A stretch of DNA of 64,000 nucleotides from Longimicrobiales bacterium (GCA_963422615.1 OY730414.1:310001-374000); one strand, 5' to 3'; counted from the first letter of the stretch, positions 38,282 to 50,976 are shown. The notes: a model not told the origin generated them from the letters alone. Numbers and translations are program-made.

Positions 38282-40605
38282 TCAATCGTTGATCTCGCGA
38301 TTTTCGGGCGTTCGGCGGCAAGCGATTGCGGGGGACCGCCAATTTCGCTTCGTCGGGTTCGCGCGTCTACCGATGCGATGGCAATGAGGTGAACGACCTC
38401 CAGCACGGTGCTCCCTCGTTGGAGAACATGGACCGGCTTTTCCATGCCGAGGAGGATCGGACCGATGACTTCGGCACTGCCCAGCTGGCTGAGCAGCTTG
38501 TAGGAGGCGTTGGAAGCGCTCAGAGTCGGAAACACGAGGATGTTCGCCGGGCCCGGTAGGTGACTGAAGGGGTACGTCTCGGCGATGATGTGCTCGTTCA
38601 CCGCCACATCGGCCTGCATTTCGCCATCGACCGCCAGCTCCGGCGCCAGCCGTTCGATCAGTTGGACGGCCTCCCGGACCTTATCGGCTTCGGGATGTCG
38701 AACGGAACCAAAGTTGGAAAAAGACAGCATGGCGATTCGAGGTTCCAGCCCCAAATCGCGCACGAATCCGGCGGCAGAAATGGCGATTTCCGCCAGCGTG
38801 ACGGGATCCGGGACGATGTTCACGGTCGTGTCTGCGAAGAAGAGGGGGTCACGATCCCGAAAGGCGACCATGTGCAGTCCGGACACACGCCGAACCGACG
38901 CGGAGGTCCCGATGACCTGCAGCGCGGGGCGAAGGATCTCCGGGTAGTTGGAGTCGATTCCGGCCACCATGGCGTCCGCGTCTCCCGCACCGACCATCAT
39001 CGAGGCGAAGTAGACGGGCTGGTAGGCCTTGGCCCGGGCTTCGGCGAGGGTCAGCCCCTTCCGCTCCCGACGTCGGTGGAAGGCATCGGCGTACGCATAG
39101 CGTTTGTCCTCGGCAGATGCGGGATGGACGCACTCCACGCCATCCAGATCAATGCCCAGGTCGGCCCCCAGGCGGCGGATCTTTTCCTTCTTGCCGATGA
39201 GGACGATGCGGGCGATACCTTCTTCGACCACCTGGGCGGCGGCCCGAAGCACCCGTACGTTGTATCCGTCCGCGAGAACGACGCGGGTCGGCTTTTCCCT
39301 TGCCTGGCCCAGGATCCTGCGCATCACCTTGCGTCGCGGTCCCAGGCTGGCCTCCAGCCGAGCCCGGTATTCGTCGGGGTCCAAGGACAACCGGGCGGTC
39401 CCCGACTCCACCGCCGCTTTTGCAACGGCGGGGGCAACGTGGAGGAGAACCCGAGGGTCAAAGGGTTTGGGAATCAGGTAATCCGGACCGAACGCGAAGC
39501 GATCCTGGCGGTATGCTCTGGCGACCGATTCAGGCACTTCGTCCCGGGCGAGTTCGGCGAGAGCCCGGGTGGCCGCGAGCATCATGCTCTCGTTGATCCG
39601 CAACGCCCGCACATCCAGGGCGCCCCGAAAGAGGAATGGAAAGCCCAGAACATTGTTGACTTGGTTGGGATAGTCGGAACGCCCTGTCGCCATGATGGCA
39701 TCGCTGCGGACACTCGCCACTTCTTCGGGGGAAATCTCCGGATCCGGATTCGCGAGGGCGAAGATAATGGGACGGGGGCCCATGGAAGCCACCATTTCTG
39801 GGGTAATCACCCCCTTGGCCGAAAGCCCGACGACGATGTCGGCGCCCTTCATTGCGTCCTCGAGGGACCGCACCGAACGGGTGGTCGCGAAAGCCGCCTT
39901 GTAGTCGTTCCCCCCCTCCGTACGCCCTTCGTAGATCACCCCGGCCCGGTCCACCATGACCAAGTTTGCGAGCCGAACCCCCAGCCGCAGGAAGTGTCGG
40001 GCCGTAGCCAGCGCCCCCGCCCCCGCCCCACTGAACACCACGTTGGCGTCCTCTGCGCTTCGATCCGAGACTTCCAGGGCGTTGACCAACGCTGCCCCGG
40101 CAATGATGGCCGTGCCGTGCTGGTCGTCGTGGAAAACGGGGATTCGGAGCGTGCTCTTCAGCGTCTCCTCAATGAAGAAGCACTCGGGAGCTCGGATATC
40201 CTCAAGGTTGATCCCGCCGACCGTGGGCTCCAGCATTTGGCAGAAGCGAACAATCTCTTCCGGATCTTCCGTGGCGATTTCGATGTCAAAGACGTCAATC
40301 CCCGCGAACCGCTTGAAGAGGACACCCTTCCCTTCCATGACGGGCTTCGCCGCCAATGGACCGATGTTCCCCAGGCCCAGAACAGCCGTCCCGTTGGACA
40401 CCACCGCCACCAAGTTCCCCCGCCCCGTGTAGCGGAACGCCGCTTCGGGGTTGCGGTGGATTTCTCGGCAGGGCTCGGCCACGCCGGGGGTATACGCCAG
40501 GGAAAGATCCCTCTGCGTCGCCACCGGTTTGGTGGGAACGACCTCAATCTTTCCCGGTCGGCCGCTGGCGTGATACTCCAGCGCGTCCCGTCCACTTGTC
40601 TCCAA
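38278..40605 (-). CDS. maeB: NADP-dependent malic enzyme with phosphotransacetylase-like domain
   Basis: LSLAYTPGVA, GTAVLGLG, KPVMEGK, FHDDQHGTA, ATGRSDYPNQVNN; C-terminal DGEMQAD/GPILLG. TTG 40605 lies behind GAAGAGGG. Confidence 0.96.
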   Translation of the reverse strand: METSGRDALEYHASGRPGKIEVVPTKPVATQRDLSLAYTPGVAEPCREIHRNPEAAFRYTGRGNLVAVVSNGTAVLGLGNIGPLAAKPVMEGKGVLFKRFAGIDVFDIEIATEDPEEIVRFCQMLEPTVGGINLEDIRAPECFFIEETLKSTLRIPVFHDDQHGTAIIAGAALVNALEVSDRSAEDANVVFSGAGAGALATARHFLRLGVRLANLVMVDRAGVIYEGRTEGGNDYKAAFATTRSVRSLEDAMKGADIVVGLSAKGVITPEMVASMGPRPIIFALANPDPEISPEEVASVRSDAIMATGRSDYPNQVNNVLGFPFLFRGALDVRALRINESMMLAATRALAELARDEVPESVARAYRQDRFAFGPDYLIPKPFDPRVLLHVAPAVAKAAVESGTARLSLDPDEYRARLEASLGPRRKVMRRILGQAREKPTRVVLADGYNVRVLRAAAQVVEEGIARIVLIGKKEKIRRLGADLGIDLDGVECVHPASAEDKRYAYADAFHRRRERKGLTLAEARAKAYQPVYFASMMVGAGDADAMVAGIDSNYPEILRPALQVIGTSASVRRVSGLHMVAFRDRDPLFFADTTVNIVPDPVTLAEIAISAAGFVRDLGLEPRIAMLSFSNFGSVRHPEADKVREAVQLIERLAPELAVDGEMQADVAVNEHIIAETYPFSHLPGPANILVFPTLSASNASYKLLSQLGSAEVIGPILLGMEKPVHVLQRGSTVLEVVHLIAIASVDARTRRSEIGGPPQSLAAERPKIARSTIE

Positions 40606-40810
40606 CGGATGCCCTCTTCTTCCCGAGTTGCAGTTGCAGGGGGTGGTTGCCGACACTCCCACCGGGATGATCCTACCGGAAAACCCGAAGCGCCGTCAAT
40701 TCTTCCCTGTAAGCGCCAACCCACTCCCGGTAACTTCCACGAAACGTACGCGTCCGAATGTTCCACTCCGGGCTACCCGTTCTCCCGGTTCCTCATGCTC
40801 CCGTGACTTC

Positions 40811-42616
40811 ATGATCCGCGCCGCCTGCCGATGGGCAATCCCGGCCATGCTGTTGAGCGTCGCCCGTGACCCGCAACGGTTACCGGCGCAGGAAAATTCC
40901 TGTCCGAACGGAGTGATCCGCCAGATATTCATAGACAACCACTCTATTTTCGATGTGGCCGAAGCGACCACGGAGGGTCTTCTCGACCGGCTGAGAACGA
41001 TCGCGAACCGCGCTCACCACAGGACTCGAAGGGGCTTCATCGAAAACGAACTGCTCTTCCGAACGAACGACTGTCTGGATCCCCTCCTTATCTCCGAGTC
41101 CGAGCGTCTTCTTCGGTCCCACCCCTTCATCGCCGATGCCGACGTCTACCCCGTCCCGGTGGAAGACGGGGACGTCCACGTCGTCGTCGACACGCAAGAC
41201 GCATGGACGCTGAAGCTGAACGTACGCCCGGAGTTCGACGATGGCTTCCGCATTACCCGGGCCGAGGTCATCGAGGAAAGCCTGTGGGGAACGGGTACCC
41301 GCCTTGGACTGTTCTGGAGGGAGCGGGAAGAGCGCAGGGATATGGGAATCGATGTTCGAACGCCCCAGCTGGGGGGGACCCGTCTTGACGGTCAGCTCAC
41401 CGGAGGCCGCACCCGCACGGGGACGTTTTTTGAGGAAATCATCGCCTACCCGTTTGTCGGAGAGGTGGGTCGCTACGCTTTCATCGAGTCCTTCTCCCTC
41501 TGGGATGACCTCTTCTCCTATGCAACCCCTGCCGGGTCGACGTTCACGCGAGCCAACCTGCCTGTGGCAACCCAACGGGCCGGGGTAGCCCTGGGTCTGC
41601 GCGTGGGAGAACCCGGCGACTTCACCGTTATGGGCGTAGGCGTGTCCTGGGAAGATGTGGCGTTCGGAGACTTCCCATCCGGGGTTGAAATCGTGCCGGG
41701 AAACGACTTCTCGGCCCGGAGGCCGGCGGACCCGCTCACCATCAGGGCCCTGACGCCCCAGATCACCCCGAGGAGAGCCTTACGGGCCAACTTCCTGGCA
41801 GGAAAACGGAATGTCCGTTTCATCACTCGCAAGGGGCTGGATGCCATCCGGGGGGAGCAGGATGTTCGAATCGGTACCCAGGCTGTCTTGGTTGCAGGCA
41901 CCACCTTGGGTAAGCCCTCCACAGCTCCGGGAAACCGCTCTCACGAGGTGCGTGGCGGAGTCTCGATTTTCGCTGGAACCGCCGGAAGCACTTGGATTTT
42001 CAACTCGGAAGTGAGCCTCGAGGGGGCTCGGGTCTTTGCTGGGGCGACATCTCCCGATGCCTTTCGGGACGTACTGGGAGAGTTTGAAGCCTCTTTCTAC
42101 TGGCAACCCGCCCGAGCGCTCCACCACACCTTTGTCGCAAGACTATCCGGCTCTGGCGGCTGGAACAGTTCTCTCCCCTTCCAGCTCACCCTTGGCGGCC
42201 CCAGGGGAGTGCGGGGGTACGACCTGGAAGATTTTCCGGCAGGGCAACGGCTTGTGCTCAACATCGAAGACCGCATCGCCCTTGAAGGACCCTTCGCAGA
42301 GGTGTTCGACCTTGGCCTAGCCGCCTTTTTCGATGTTGGCACCGGATGGCGGGGAGAGGTTCCCTTCGGCACGGACTCGAACCTCCAGGCGGCCGCAGGT
42401 GCCGGGCTCCGCCTGGGATTCCCCCCGGGTAGCCGACAAGTCTACGCGATTGACCTCGCCCTGCCTCTCCAGTCCGACGGTCTGCAGAATATCCGCTTTC
42501 GGTTCGGAGTTTCCGAGGCGGTCAGCCTCCTGACAGCATTCGGGGACCCCCAGGTGGGTCGAAGCCGGAGCGGGAATCCCGCCGCCGCCATCTTCGGGAT
42601 CGGATCTTTTCGCTGA
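40811..42616 (+). CDS. BamA/TamA (Omp85)-like outer-membrane protein with a single POTRA-like domain
   Basis: TRRGFIENELLF...LISESERLLR POTRA-like segment; LGG..GVRGY; AFFDVG; GAGLRLG; IDLALP. Confidence 0.78.
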   Translation: MIRAACRWAIPAMLLSVARDPQRLPAQENSCPNGVIRQIFIDNHSIFDVAEATTEGLLDRLRTIANRAHHRTRRGFIENELLFRTNDCLDPLLISESERLLRSHPFIADADVYPVPVEDGDVHVVVDTQDAWTLKLNVRPEFDDGFRITRAEVIEESLWGTGTRLGLFWREREERRDMGIDVRTPQLGGTRLDGQLTGGRTRTGTFFEEIIAYPFVGEVGRYAFIESFSLWDDLFSYATPAGSTFTRANLPVATQRAGVALGLRVGEPGDFTVMGVGVSWEDVAFGDFPSGVEIVPGNDFSARRPADPLTIRALTPQITPRRALRANFLAGKRNVRFITRKGLDAIRGEQDVRIGTQAVLVAGTTLGKPSTAPGNRSHEVRGGVSIFAGTAGSTWIFNSEVSLEGARVFAGATSPDAFRDVLGEFEASFYWQPARALHHTFVARLSGSGGWNSSLPFQLTLGGPRGVRGYDLEDFPAGQRLVLNIEDRIALEGPFAEVFDLGLAAFFDVGTGWRGEVPFGTDSNLQAAAGAGLRLGFPPGSRQVYAIDLALPLQSDGLQNIRFRFGVSEAVSLLTAFGDPQVGRSRSGNPAAAIFGIGSFR

Positions 42617-42719
42617 TCCGAACGTCGTTCTCCAGGCCAGACGGGGACTCCTCGGGTGGTTGGCCGGTCCCCGTCCCTCCGGCTCTGGCTCCTTGTGCAC
42701 CGGGGTTCTTTTCCAAGAC

Positions 42720-42748
42720 TTGACTTCGGGAGTGTTGCTACGCAAAAT
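42720..42748 (+). promoter_or_regulatory. Candidate promoter TTGACT-N17-CAAAAT for sigma factor copy 2
   Basis: Read directly in the intergenic region. Confidence 0.4.
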
Positions 42749-42866
42749 TGTCCGCGTTTCCCCTGTTGCTTTCAGGGGACGGTTGACGGCGGGATGAACC
42801 GTCCGCCATATGCTGCTCCCCAGGGGAAGAAGCCCCTACCGACTCACCCTGTTCAGGAGGACGGCA

Positions 42867-43727
42867 TTGTTCGCGAGCTCCCGCGGCCTCGATTCGTTTG
42901 ATCAGTACCTGCACGATGTGGAACGCTATCCTCTCATCTCGGATCCGGAAGAAGAACGAAGCTTGGCGCGACGGGCGCGCGAGGGAGACAGGGAAGCTGC
43001 GGAGCGCCTCGTAACTGCCAACCTTCGCTTCGTCATTTCTTATGTAAAGAAGTATCAGGGACGCGGACTGGCTCTCGCGGAATTGGTTTGTATCGGAAAC
43101 GAGGGTCTACTCAAGGCCGTGAAGAAGTTCGATCCCGAAAAGGGGGTGAAGTTCATTTCCTATGCCGTCTGGTGGGTCCGCCAGACCGTCCTCCAGGCCC
43201 TGGCGGAGCAGACGCGCTCGGTGCGCATCCCCCTGAACCAGAACTCCAATCTCGCCCGATTGGCGCGAAGCAACACCGCCCTCACCCAAAAACTGGGGCG
43301 AACCCCTACCGACCAGGAACTCGCCCAAGAGATGCGGGAGCCCCTTGACACGGTACGGGCTCTACGGCGCGTCGCCGCCACCGAACTCAGCCTGGACGCA
43401 CCTTTGGATCGAGGCGACCGGGATAGCGGCAGCTTCGCAGAACGTTTCGCGGGCGCGGACGGAGAAGAAATCGAGGAAGACGTGGAGGCCAGTATTCGCC
43501 GAAACTACCTTGAGACCATGTTCGACAGCTACCTGACGGAGCGGGAGCGTAAGATCCTCTACCTGTACTACGGACTTGACGACGGGGAGGAGCGGACCCT
43601 GGAAGACATTGGTCGCCTCCTGGGGGTCACCCGTGAGCGCATCCGTCAGATCCGAAACCGGGCCTTCGAGAAACTCCGCGAAAGCCCTCAGGGCGACTCC
43701 CTCTCCGGTTTCTGGGCCACCAACTGA
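42867..43727 (+). CDS. RNA polymerase sigma factor, RpoD/SigA family, short form (copy 2)
   Basis: FDQYLHDV, ANLRFVISYVKKY, KFISYAVWWVRQ, TLEDIG..LGVTRERIRQ. TTG 42867 lies 6 nt behind AGGAGG. Confidence 0.93.
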   Translation: MFASSRGLDSFDQYLHDVERYPLISDPEEERSLARRAREGDREAAERLVTANLRFVISYVKKYQGRGLALAELVCIGNEGLLKAVKKFDPEKGVKFISYAVWWVRQTVLQALAEQTRSVRIPLNQNSNLARLARSNTALTQKLGRTPTDQELAQEMREPLDTVRALRRVAATELSLDAPLDRGDRDSGSFAERFAGADGEEIEEDVEASIRRNYLETMFDSYLTERERKILYLYYGLDDGEERTLEDIGRLLGVTRERIRQIRNRAFEKLRESPQGDSLSGFWATN

Positions 43728-43885
43728 CCTTCGGGATCCGCCAGACAACCGATCCCGAACAGCCGGTCCGACCCCCACGGTTGGCCGGTCAGCCTTCATC
43801 GGCCCACCCGTCCTTCCGGCAGTTTGGGCGCCGTCCACAGGTCCTCCCGCTTCCAGCTCAGGTACAAGCGCAGACAAGCGCAGCA

Positions 43886-44224
43886 TCAGGTACGGGCGTC
43901 CCGGGGGGTGAGCATAACCATCTCCCGGGCTCTCACTTCAGCTGTGGGAATGGTCACGCCGTCCCGTTCATAGGAATCGTACTGGAGATACCCTTCGACA
44001 AACAGCTTGTCCCCCTTGGACACATAGTCTTCGGCCACCTGGGCCAGCCGCCCCCACAGGTTCACCCGGTGCCAGTCGGTTCTCTCTTGCGGCTCATCCC
44101 CCCCGGTTCGCCAGTTGGTAGCCAGGGAAAGGCGGGCCACCTTCATGCCGGTACTCGTCACCCGCACATCGGGGTCGTTCCCCACGTTCCCCAAAAGAAT
44201 GATTTTGTTGATTGAGCGGCTCAC
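43886..44224 (-). CDS. ssb: Single-stranded DNA-binding protein, OB fold only (112 aa)
   Basis: INKIILLGNVGNDP, SLATN, RTDWHRV..WG, KGDKLFVEG.L. GTG 44224 lies behind AGGAGG. Confidence 0.92.
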   Translation of the reverse strand: MSRSINKIILLGNVGNDPDVRVTSTGMKVARLSLATNWRTGGDEPQERTDWHRVNLWGRLAQVAEDYVSKGDKLFVEGYLQYDSYERDGVTIPTAEVRAREMVMLTPRDART

Positions 44225-44378
44225 AGGTCGGTCCTCCTTTTCAGTGAGGGGCAACCGGCAACGTCACGAGGGTCAGCCGCCGGACGTCCCGTCAAGAGAC
44301 GAGGGGCAAAGTGGACCCGGTGGCGGGGCGCTCCCATGGGTCAACGGGACCGAATCCCGCGGAAACCGGGTTCGCCCG

Positions 44379-47138
<2,760 letters not shown>

Positions 47139-47209
47139 TAGCCCGGAGCCGTCTTTAGCGGGAGTGACCGGAGTGGGCTCCCGACCTGGGCGCGGTCAGG
47201 CCAAGCCGC

Positions 47210-47410
47210 TCAGGCCCGGACCACGTTTTCGGCCTGAAGGCCGCGCTCCGTCTCCCGGATGTCGAACTCCACCTCGTCTCCCTCCGCGAGGGTCCGGAAG
47301 CCTTCGCCCTGAATGGAGCTGAAGTGGACGAATACGTCGTCGCCGGTCGACCGGGCGATGAAGCCATACCCCTTCGTGTCATTGAACCACTTGACCGTCC
47401 CCTTGGCCAT
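47210..47410 (-). CDS. Cold-shock protein (CspA family)
   Basis: GTVKWFN..KGYGFI (RNP1) and DVFVHFS (RNP2); GGAGG upstream. Confidence 0.96.
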   Translation of the reverse strand: MAKGTVKWFNDTKGYGFIARSTGDDVFVHFSSIQGEGFRTLAEGDEVEFDIRETERGLQAENVVRA

Positions 47411-47499
47411 TCCTGCCATCCTCCCAGAATGAAGAGATACTCATAACTCCGCTTAACAGGCCCCCGGGCCGGGAGGCCGCAGCTTCGCATCACGGCCTC

Positions 47500-47529
47500 A
47501 CCATGGGGCGAGAAGCAAACGGGTGTCAA
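47500..47529 (-). promoter_or_regulatory. Candidate promoter TTGACA-N18-CATGGT for the csp gene
   Basis: Perfect -35; would give a leader of roughly 80-90 nt, consistent with the long 5' UTRs of csp genes. Confidence 0.4.
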
Positions 47530-47660
47530 GGATGGAACGGGTGGATGCAGATCGGTTTCGAGGCGACGCCCGCGGCGGGGGGAGTCGGTTTGCCTTATGG
47601 GGAAATCGCAACCGTCGGCGCAATCGGCCGATCGTCTATTCGCGGCCTTTCGCGTAGGAT

Positions 47661-50120
47661 TCAACCGCCTTCCCCGTACAGCCACCTGTACAGCGCCTGG
47701 TTCCGGATCACGCTCTTCACGTAGCCCCTCGTTTCCCTGAAGGGAATCCGCTCGGTAAACCGGAGGAGGTCCTCCGCCTCCGGAAACCGCCGCCACCGGT
47801 TGGCCCGGGTTGGCCCGGCGTTGTAGGCCGACAGCACCAAGGGGAGGTTGCCCTCATATCGAATCAGAAGATCGGCGAGGAATTGGCTACCCAGGTGGAC
47901 ATTCAGCTCGGGCGTCTTCAGAAAATCGGCGCGGAAGGGTTGGGGACCTATGGAGCCCGCAAGCTGCCTCCCCGTCGTCGGCACAACTTGCATGAGTCCC
48001 ACCGCCCCAGCCGGGGAAACTGCCGTCGGAGCGAATGCGCTTTCCTGGCGAATGATGCCCGCCATCAGGTACGGGTCCAGGCCCAGCTCTTCCGCCCGGG
48101 CCGTCACCAAATCCCGATAGGGAAAGGGATATACGATGCGGAGGAGGGTCCTGTCCCAGGCAAGACCCCGCCGCCGCGCCTCCCACCCCAGGCTGATCGC
48201 GTCTCGGGTACGCCCCCTTTCGTTGAAGGCAACGGCAAAATGGAGAAGATCGTCAGGGTACCGCGCCAACGCTTTGATGTCGCCGACGTGGGCGGCCGCG
48301 CCCTCGTCCAGCCCGGCCTCTTCCAGCAGCGCCACGACCTCCAGTTCTTGTTCCAGCCACCGGGGCTCGCCCGGAAGAAGCGGGTCCTCCGGAAGGTTCG
48401 GGGCGAATTCCCTGCCCTGGGCTCGATCGGCCAGGAAGGTGTAGTACGAAAACGGGCTCTCGTCCCGAAGCCGAACGATCAGGCGAGCGGCCCCCAGCGT
48501 ATCTCCGATGATCTCCGCTATCCGAGCGCTCCAGTAGCTCGCTTCTTCCCAACGGCGGCCCTGGGGAAATTCTTCCAGGTACCCTTGGTACACCCGAGCC
48601 GCAGCTGCCAGCTCATCCCGGGCCAAGTGAATCTGGCCCCAGCGCATCCGGGCCAGCCCGGCCCGGTCCGCGGAAGGGGACATGGAAACGACTTGTCGGT
48701 AATGGTCAAGGGCCTCGTCAAGATGGCCCCTGTCGTGGTGGTCGTCCCCTCGAAAGAAGACGACGTCCAGCGCCTCCTGCCTCTCCGGGAAGCGGGCTAC
48801 CAAGCGGTCCTCCAGGGTGCGCGCGTCCCCGGGTCGTCCCTGCCGCCGACGGATGGCGGACCAGGCCCGAAGGGCTGGCGCCCCCACGGCCGGATCCGAA
48901 GACTCGGCGAGCTCCCGGTACTCCCGGACGGCGCCATTCAAGTCACCACTTCCGTTGTACGCTCGGCCCCGGGCCAGCCGTTCCTGATCCGAAAGCACGG
49001 CCCCCGCGTCCACCGCAGCTCTCCAAGCTCGGATCGCAGGTCCGTACTCTCCTCCGTTTGCCAACGCTCTGGCGACCCGGCGAAGGACCTCCGCGTTCAA
49101 GCCAGTCCCAATTCTCCTGAGGGCCAAGGCCGCCTGAAGCGCATCCGCTCCCCGGGTCGTCCGTACGAGCACCCCCTCCATCGCGGAAACGGCTCCGGAC
49201 GTGTCCCCCAGGGCCAGGCGGTACCGCCACTCCCGATTCAGGAGTTCCAGGCGCGTGGGCAGCCCTTCCTCTGGTAGTTCGACGCGATTCAGGGCCTCCA
49301 AGGCGCGGGCCGTGTCTCCTCCCGCCGCAAGCCAAGCGTCCACTTCCAGGGCCCAGCCCCGCTGACGAATCGCCGGATCCGTGATGAGCTCAAGGAGCCC
49401 GACCACTCCTGCCACCTCTCCGGCGGCGGCAAACTCCCGGGCCGCGGCAAGGGCGGTCCAATGGGAAAATACCCCAGCGCCGAGTCCCGTTCTGAAGCCG
49501 ATCTCGACGAAGATTTCCACCGCCAACGCCCGCAGTTCCCCGGCAGCTTCCACCGTAGCTTCGACCGACTGGGTGGCGGCTGCGGCCCGAATCAAACGAG
49601 AGCGGGCCACGAGGCCCTCCCGAGACTCTCCGGTCACCTCCCTCACGAACCGCGCGAAGGAACGGGCCGCGGCTCCGTCTTCGCCGGCGGCGTGAAGGGC
49701 GGTCCCCAGGACGTACCAATAGCGGGGAGGAGCTTGGGCAGGATCGGGAGGGCCCGCAGACAAAGCGGCAACGGCACCCTCCCAGTTCTTCCATCCGGCT
49801 TCGGCCTCCGCCAGGAGGATCCGATCCTCGAAGGTGGCCGATTCGATGGGCGCAAGGCGAGCCCGGAGAAGCGAGCTGGCCTTCCAGTACCGGCCCCGGG
49901 CCAAGTCCTGCCGAACCGAATCGGAGAAGGACGCCTGGAGCGATACGGGAACCGACAGCGCCCGGCCCCACACCGGATCCACCGTTGCCGCGGTCATGCC
50001 GACCGCCACAAAGAGGCAGGTCAGCGAGAAGCGACTCAGTTCCGGAACCCGGCAAAGAAGGGGTCCGCACCCCTTCGGGCGCAGACCCCTTCTTCCATCG
50101 GTTGATGTGGCGCTGGGCAC
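47661..50120 (-). CDS. Soluble lytic transglycosylase with TPR superhelix (Slt70-like)
   Basis: IIRQESAF, SPAGAVGLMQV, AYNAGP, IPFRETRGYV; TPR-like helical N-terminal region. Start uncertain. Confidence 0.9.
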   Translation of the reverse strand: MPSATSTDGRRGLRPKGCGPLLCRVPELSRFSLTCLFVAVGMTAATVDPVWGRALSVPVSLQASFSDSVRQDLARGRYWKASSLLRARLAPIESATFEDRILLAEAEAGWKNWEGAVAALSAGPPDPAQAPPRYWYVLGTALHAAGEDGAAARSFARFVREVTGESREGLVARSRLIRAAAATQSVEATVEAAGELRALAVEIFVEIGFRTGLGAGVFSHWTALAAAREFAAAGEVAGVVGLLELITDPAIRQRGWALEVDAWLAAGGDTARALEALNRVELPEEGLPTRLELLNREWRYRLALGDTSGAVSAMEGVLVRTTRGADALQAALALRRIGTGLNAEVLRRVARALANGGEYGPAIRAWRAAVDAGAVLSDQERLARGRAYNGSGDLNGAVREYRELAESSDPAVGAPALRAWSAIRRRQGRPGDARTLEDRLVARFPERQEALDVVFFRGDDHHDRGHLDEALDHYRQVVSMSPSADRAGLARMRWGQIHLARDELAAAARVYQGYLEEFPQGRRWEEASYWSARIAEIIGDTLGAARLIVRLRDESPFSYYTFLADRAQGREFAPNLPEDPLLPGEPRWLEQELEVVALLEEAGLDEGAAAHVGDIKALARYPDDLLHFAVAFNERGRTRDAISLGWEARRRGLAWDRTLLRIVYPFPYRDLVTARAEELGLDPYLMAGIIRQESAFAPTAVSPAGAVGLMQVVPTTGRQLAGSIGPQPFRADFLKTPELNVHLGSQFLADLLIRYEGNLPLVLSAYNAGPTRANRWRRFPEAEDLLRFTERIPFRETRGYVKSVIRNQALYRWLYGEGG

Positions 50121-50128
50121 CCGAGGTG

Positions 50129-50842
50129 CTAGTTCTCGGCAGACGCCTTCCGCCCCCTCTGCATGGCGAAGACAGCGTCAATCATTTTCTGTGCCGACTC
50201 CTCCATGTCGATCACCAAGTGGTCGATTCGGGACACGAAGTAGTTGTGGGCAATGCTCACTGGGATCGCGATGGCCAAGCCAGCCGCCGTTGTGGTAAGC
50301 GCAATCTTGATCCCCGAGGCCACCGTCGTGGCGTCCACTTCCCCGGCCAGCTCGATGGCCTGGAAGGCCGCAATCATCCCCATCACGGTCCCCAGGAACC
50401 CCAGGAGCGGGGCCACGTTGGTAAGGGTCGCCAAGATGACAAGACCACTCTCCAACTTGCTGAGCTCAATCAGGCCCTGGTTCTCAATGGCCTTCATGAC
50501 CCGATCCGTCCCCTCGTCCTTCCGCTCCAATCCCGCGTGCAGGATGTTCGCCGCCGGGGAGCTGGACTCCCGGGTGACTTCAAGGGCCTCCTTGATCTGG
50601 TGCTGGGCCAGAAGCTCGTCCACCTCCCGAAGGATCTTCCGCGTAGAAGCACTCTTCGTGAAGATGTCGAACAACTTCCAGACGATGACGACGATCGCCA
50701 CCAGAATGCACAGCCCCAAGGGATAGCGCATGAAGCCGGCGTCCGACCAAGCTCTTTCCATCTGCTCGGTGAAGGTGAGGTCGGGGCCTTCAAGCCCGGG
50801 AACCTGGAGCAGTACTCCGTATACTTTCATCAGGCTGATCAA
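50129..50842 (-). CDS. MotA/TolQ/ExbB proton channel protein
   Basis: APLLGFLGTV.GMI.AF and GIKIALTTTAAGLAIAIP; TTG start behind GGGAGG. Confidence 0.93.
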   Translation of the reverse strand: MISLMKVYGVLLQVPGLEGPDLTFTEQMERAWSDAGFMRYPLGLCILVAIVVIVWKLFDIFTKSASTRKILREVDELLAQHQIKEALEVTRESSSPAANILHAGLERKDEGTDRVMKAIENQGLIELSKLESGLVILATLTNVAPLLGFLGTVMGMIAAFQAIELAGEVDATTVASGIKIALTTTAAGLAIAIPVSIAHNYFVSRIDHLVIDMEESAQKMIDAVFAMQRGRKASAEN

Positions 50843-50946
50843 GGGAACCTCCCGCTTTCGGTCCTGTGCAGATGGTTTACGATTGTCGCGCCTACGGCGC
50901 GGCTGCGGTATTCTCAGGGCCCGGAGGCCCGCTTACGGGGCTAGCC

Positions 50947-50976
50947 ATAATGAGCCCCCTGACCGGCGACTGTCAA
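50947..50976 (-). promoter_or_regulatory. Candidate promoter TTGACA-N18-CATTAT for the exbB-like gene
   Basis: Perfect -35 and near-consensus -10 in the intergenic region. Confidence 0.5.
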
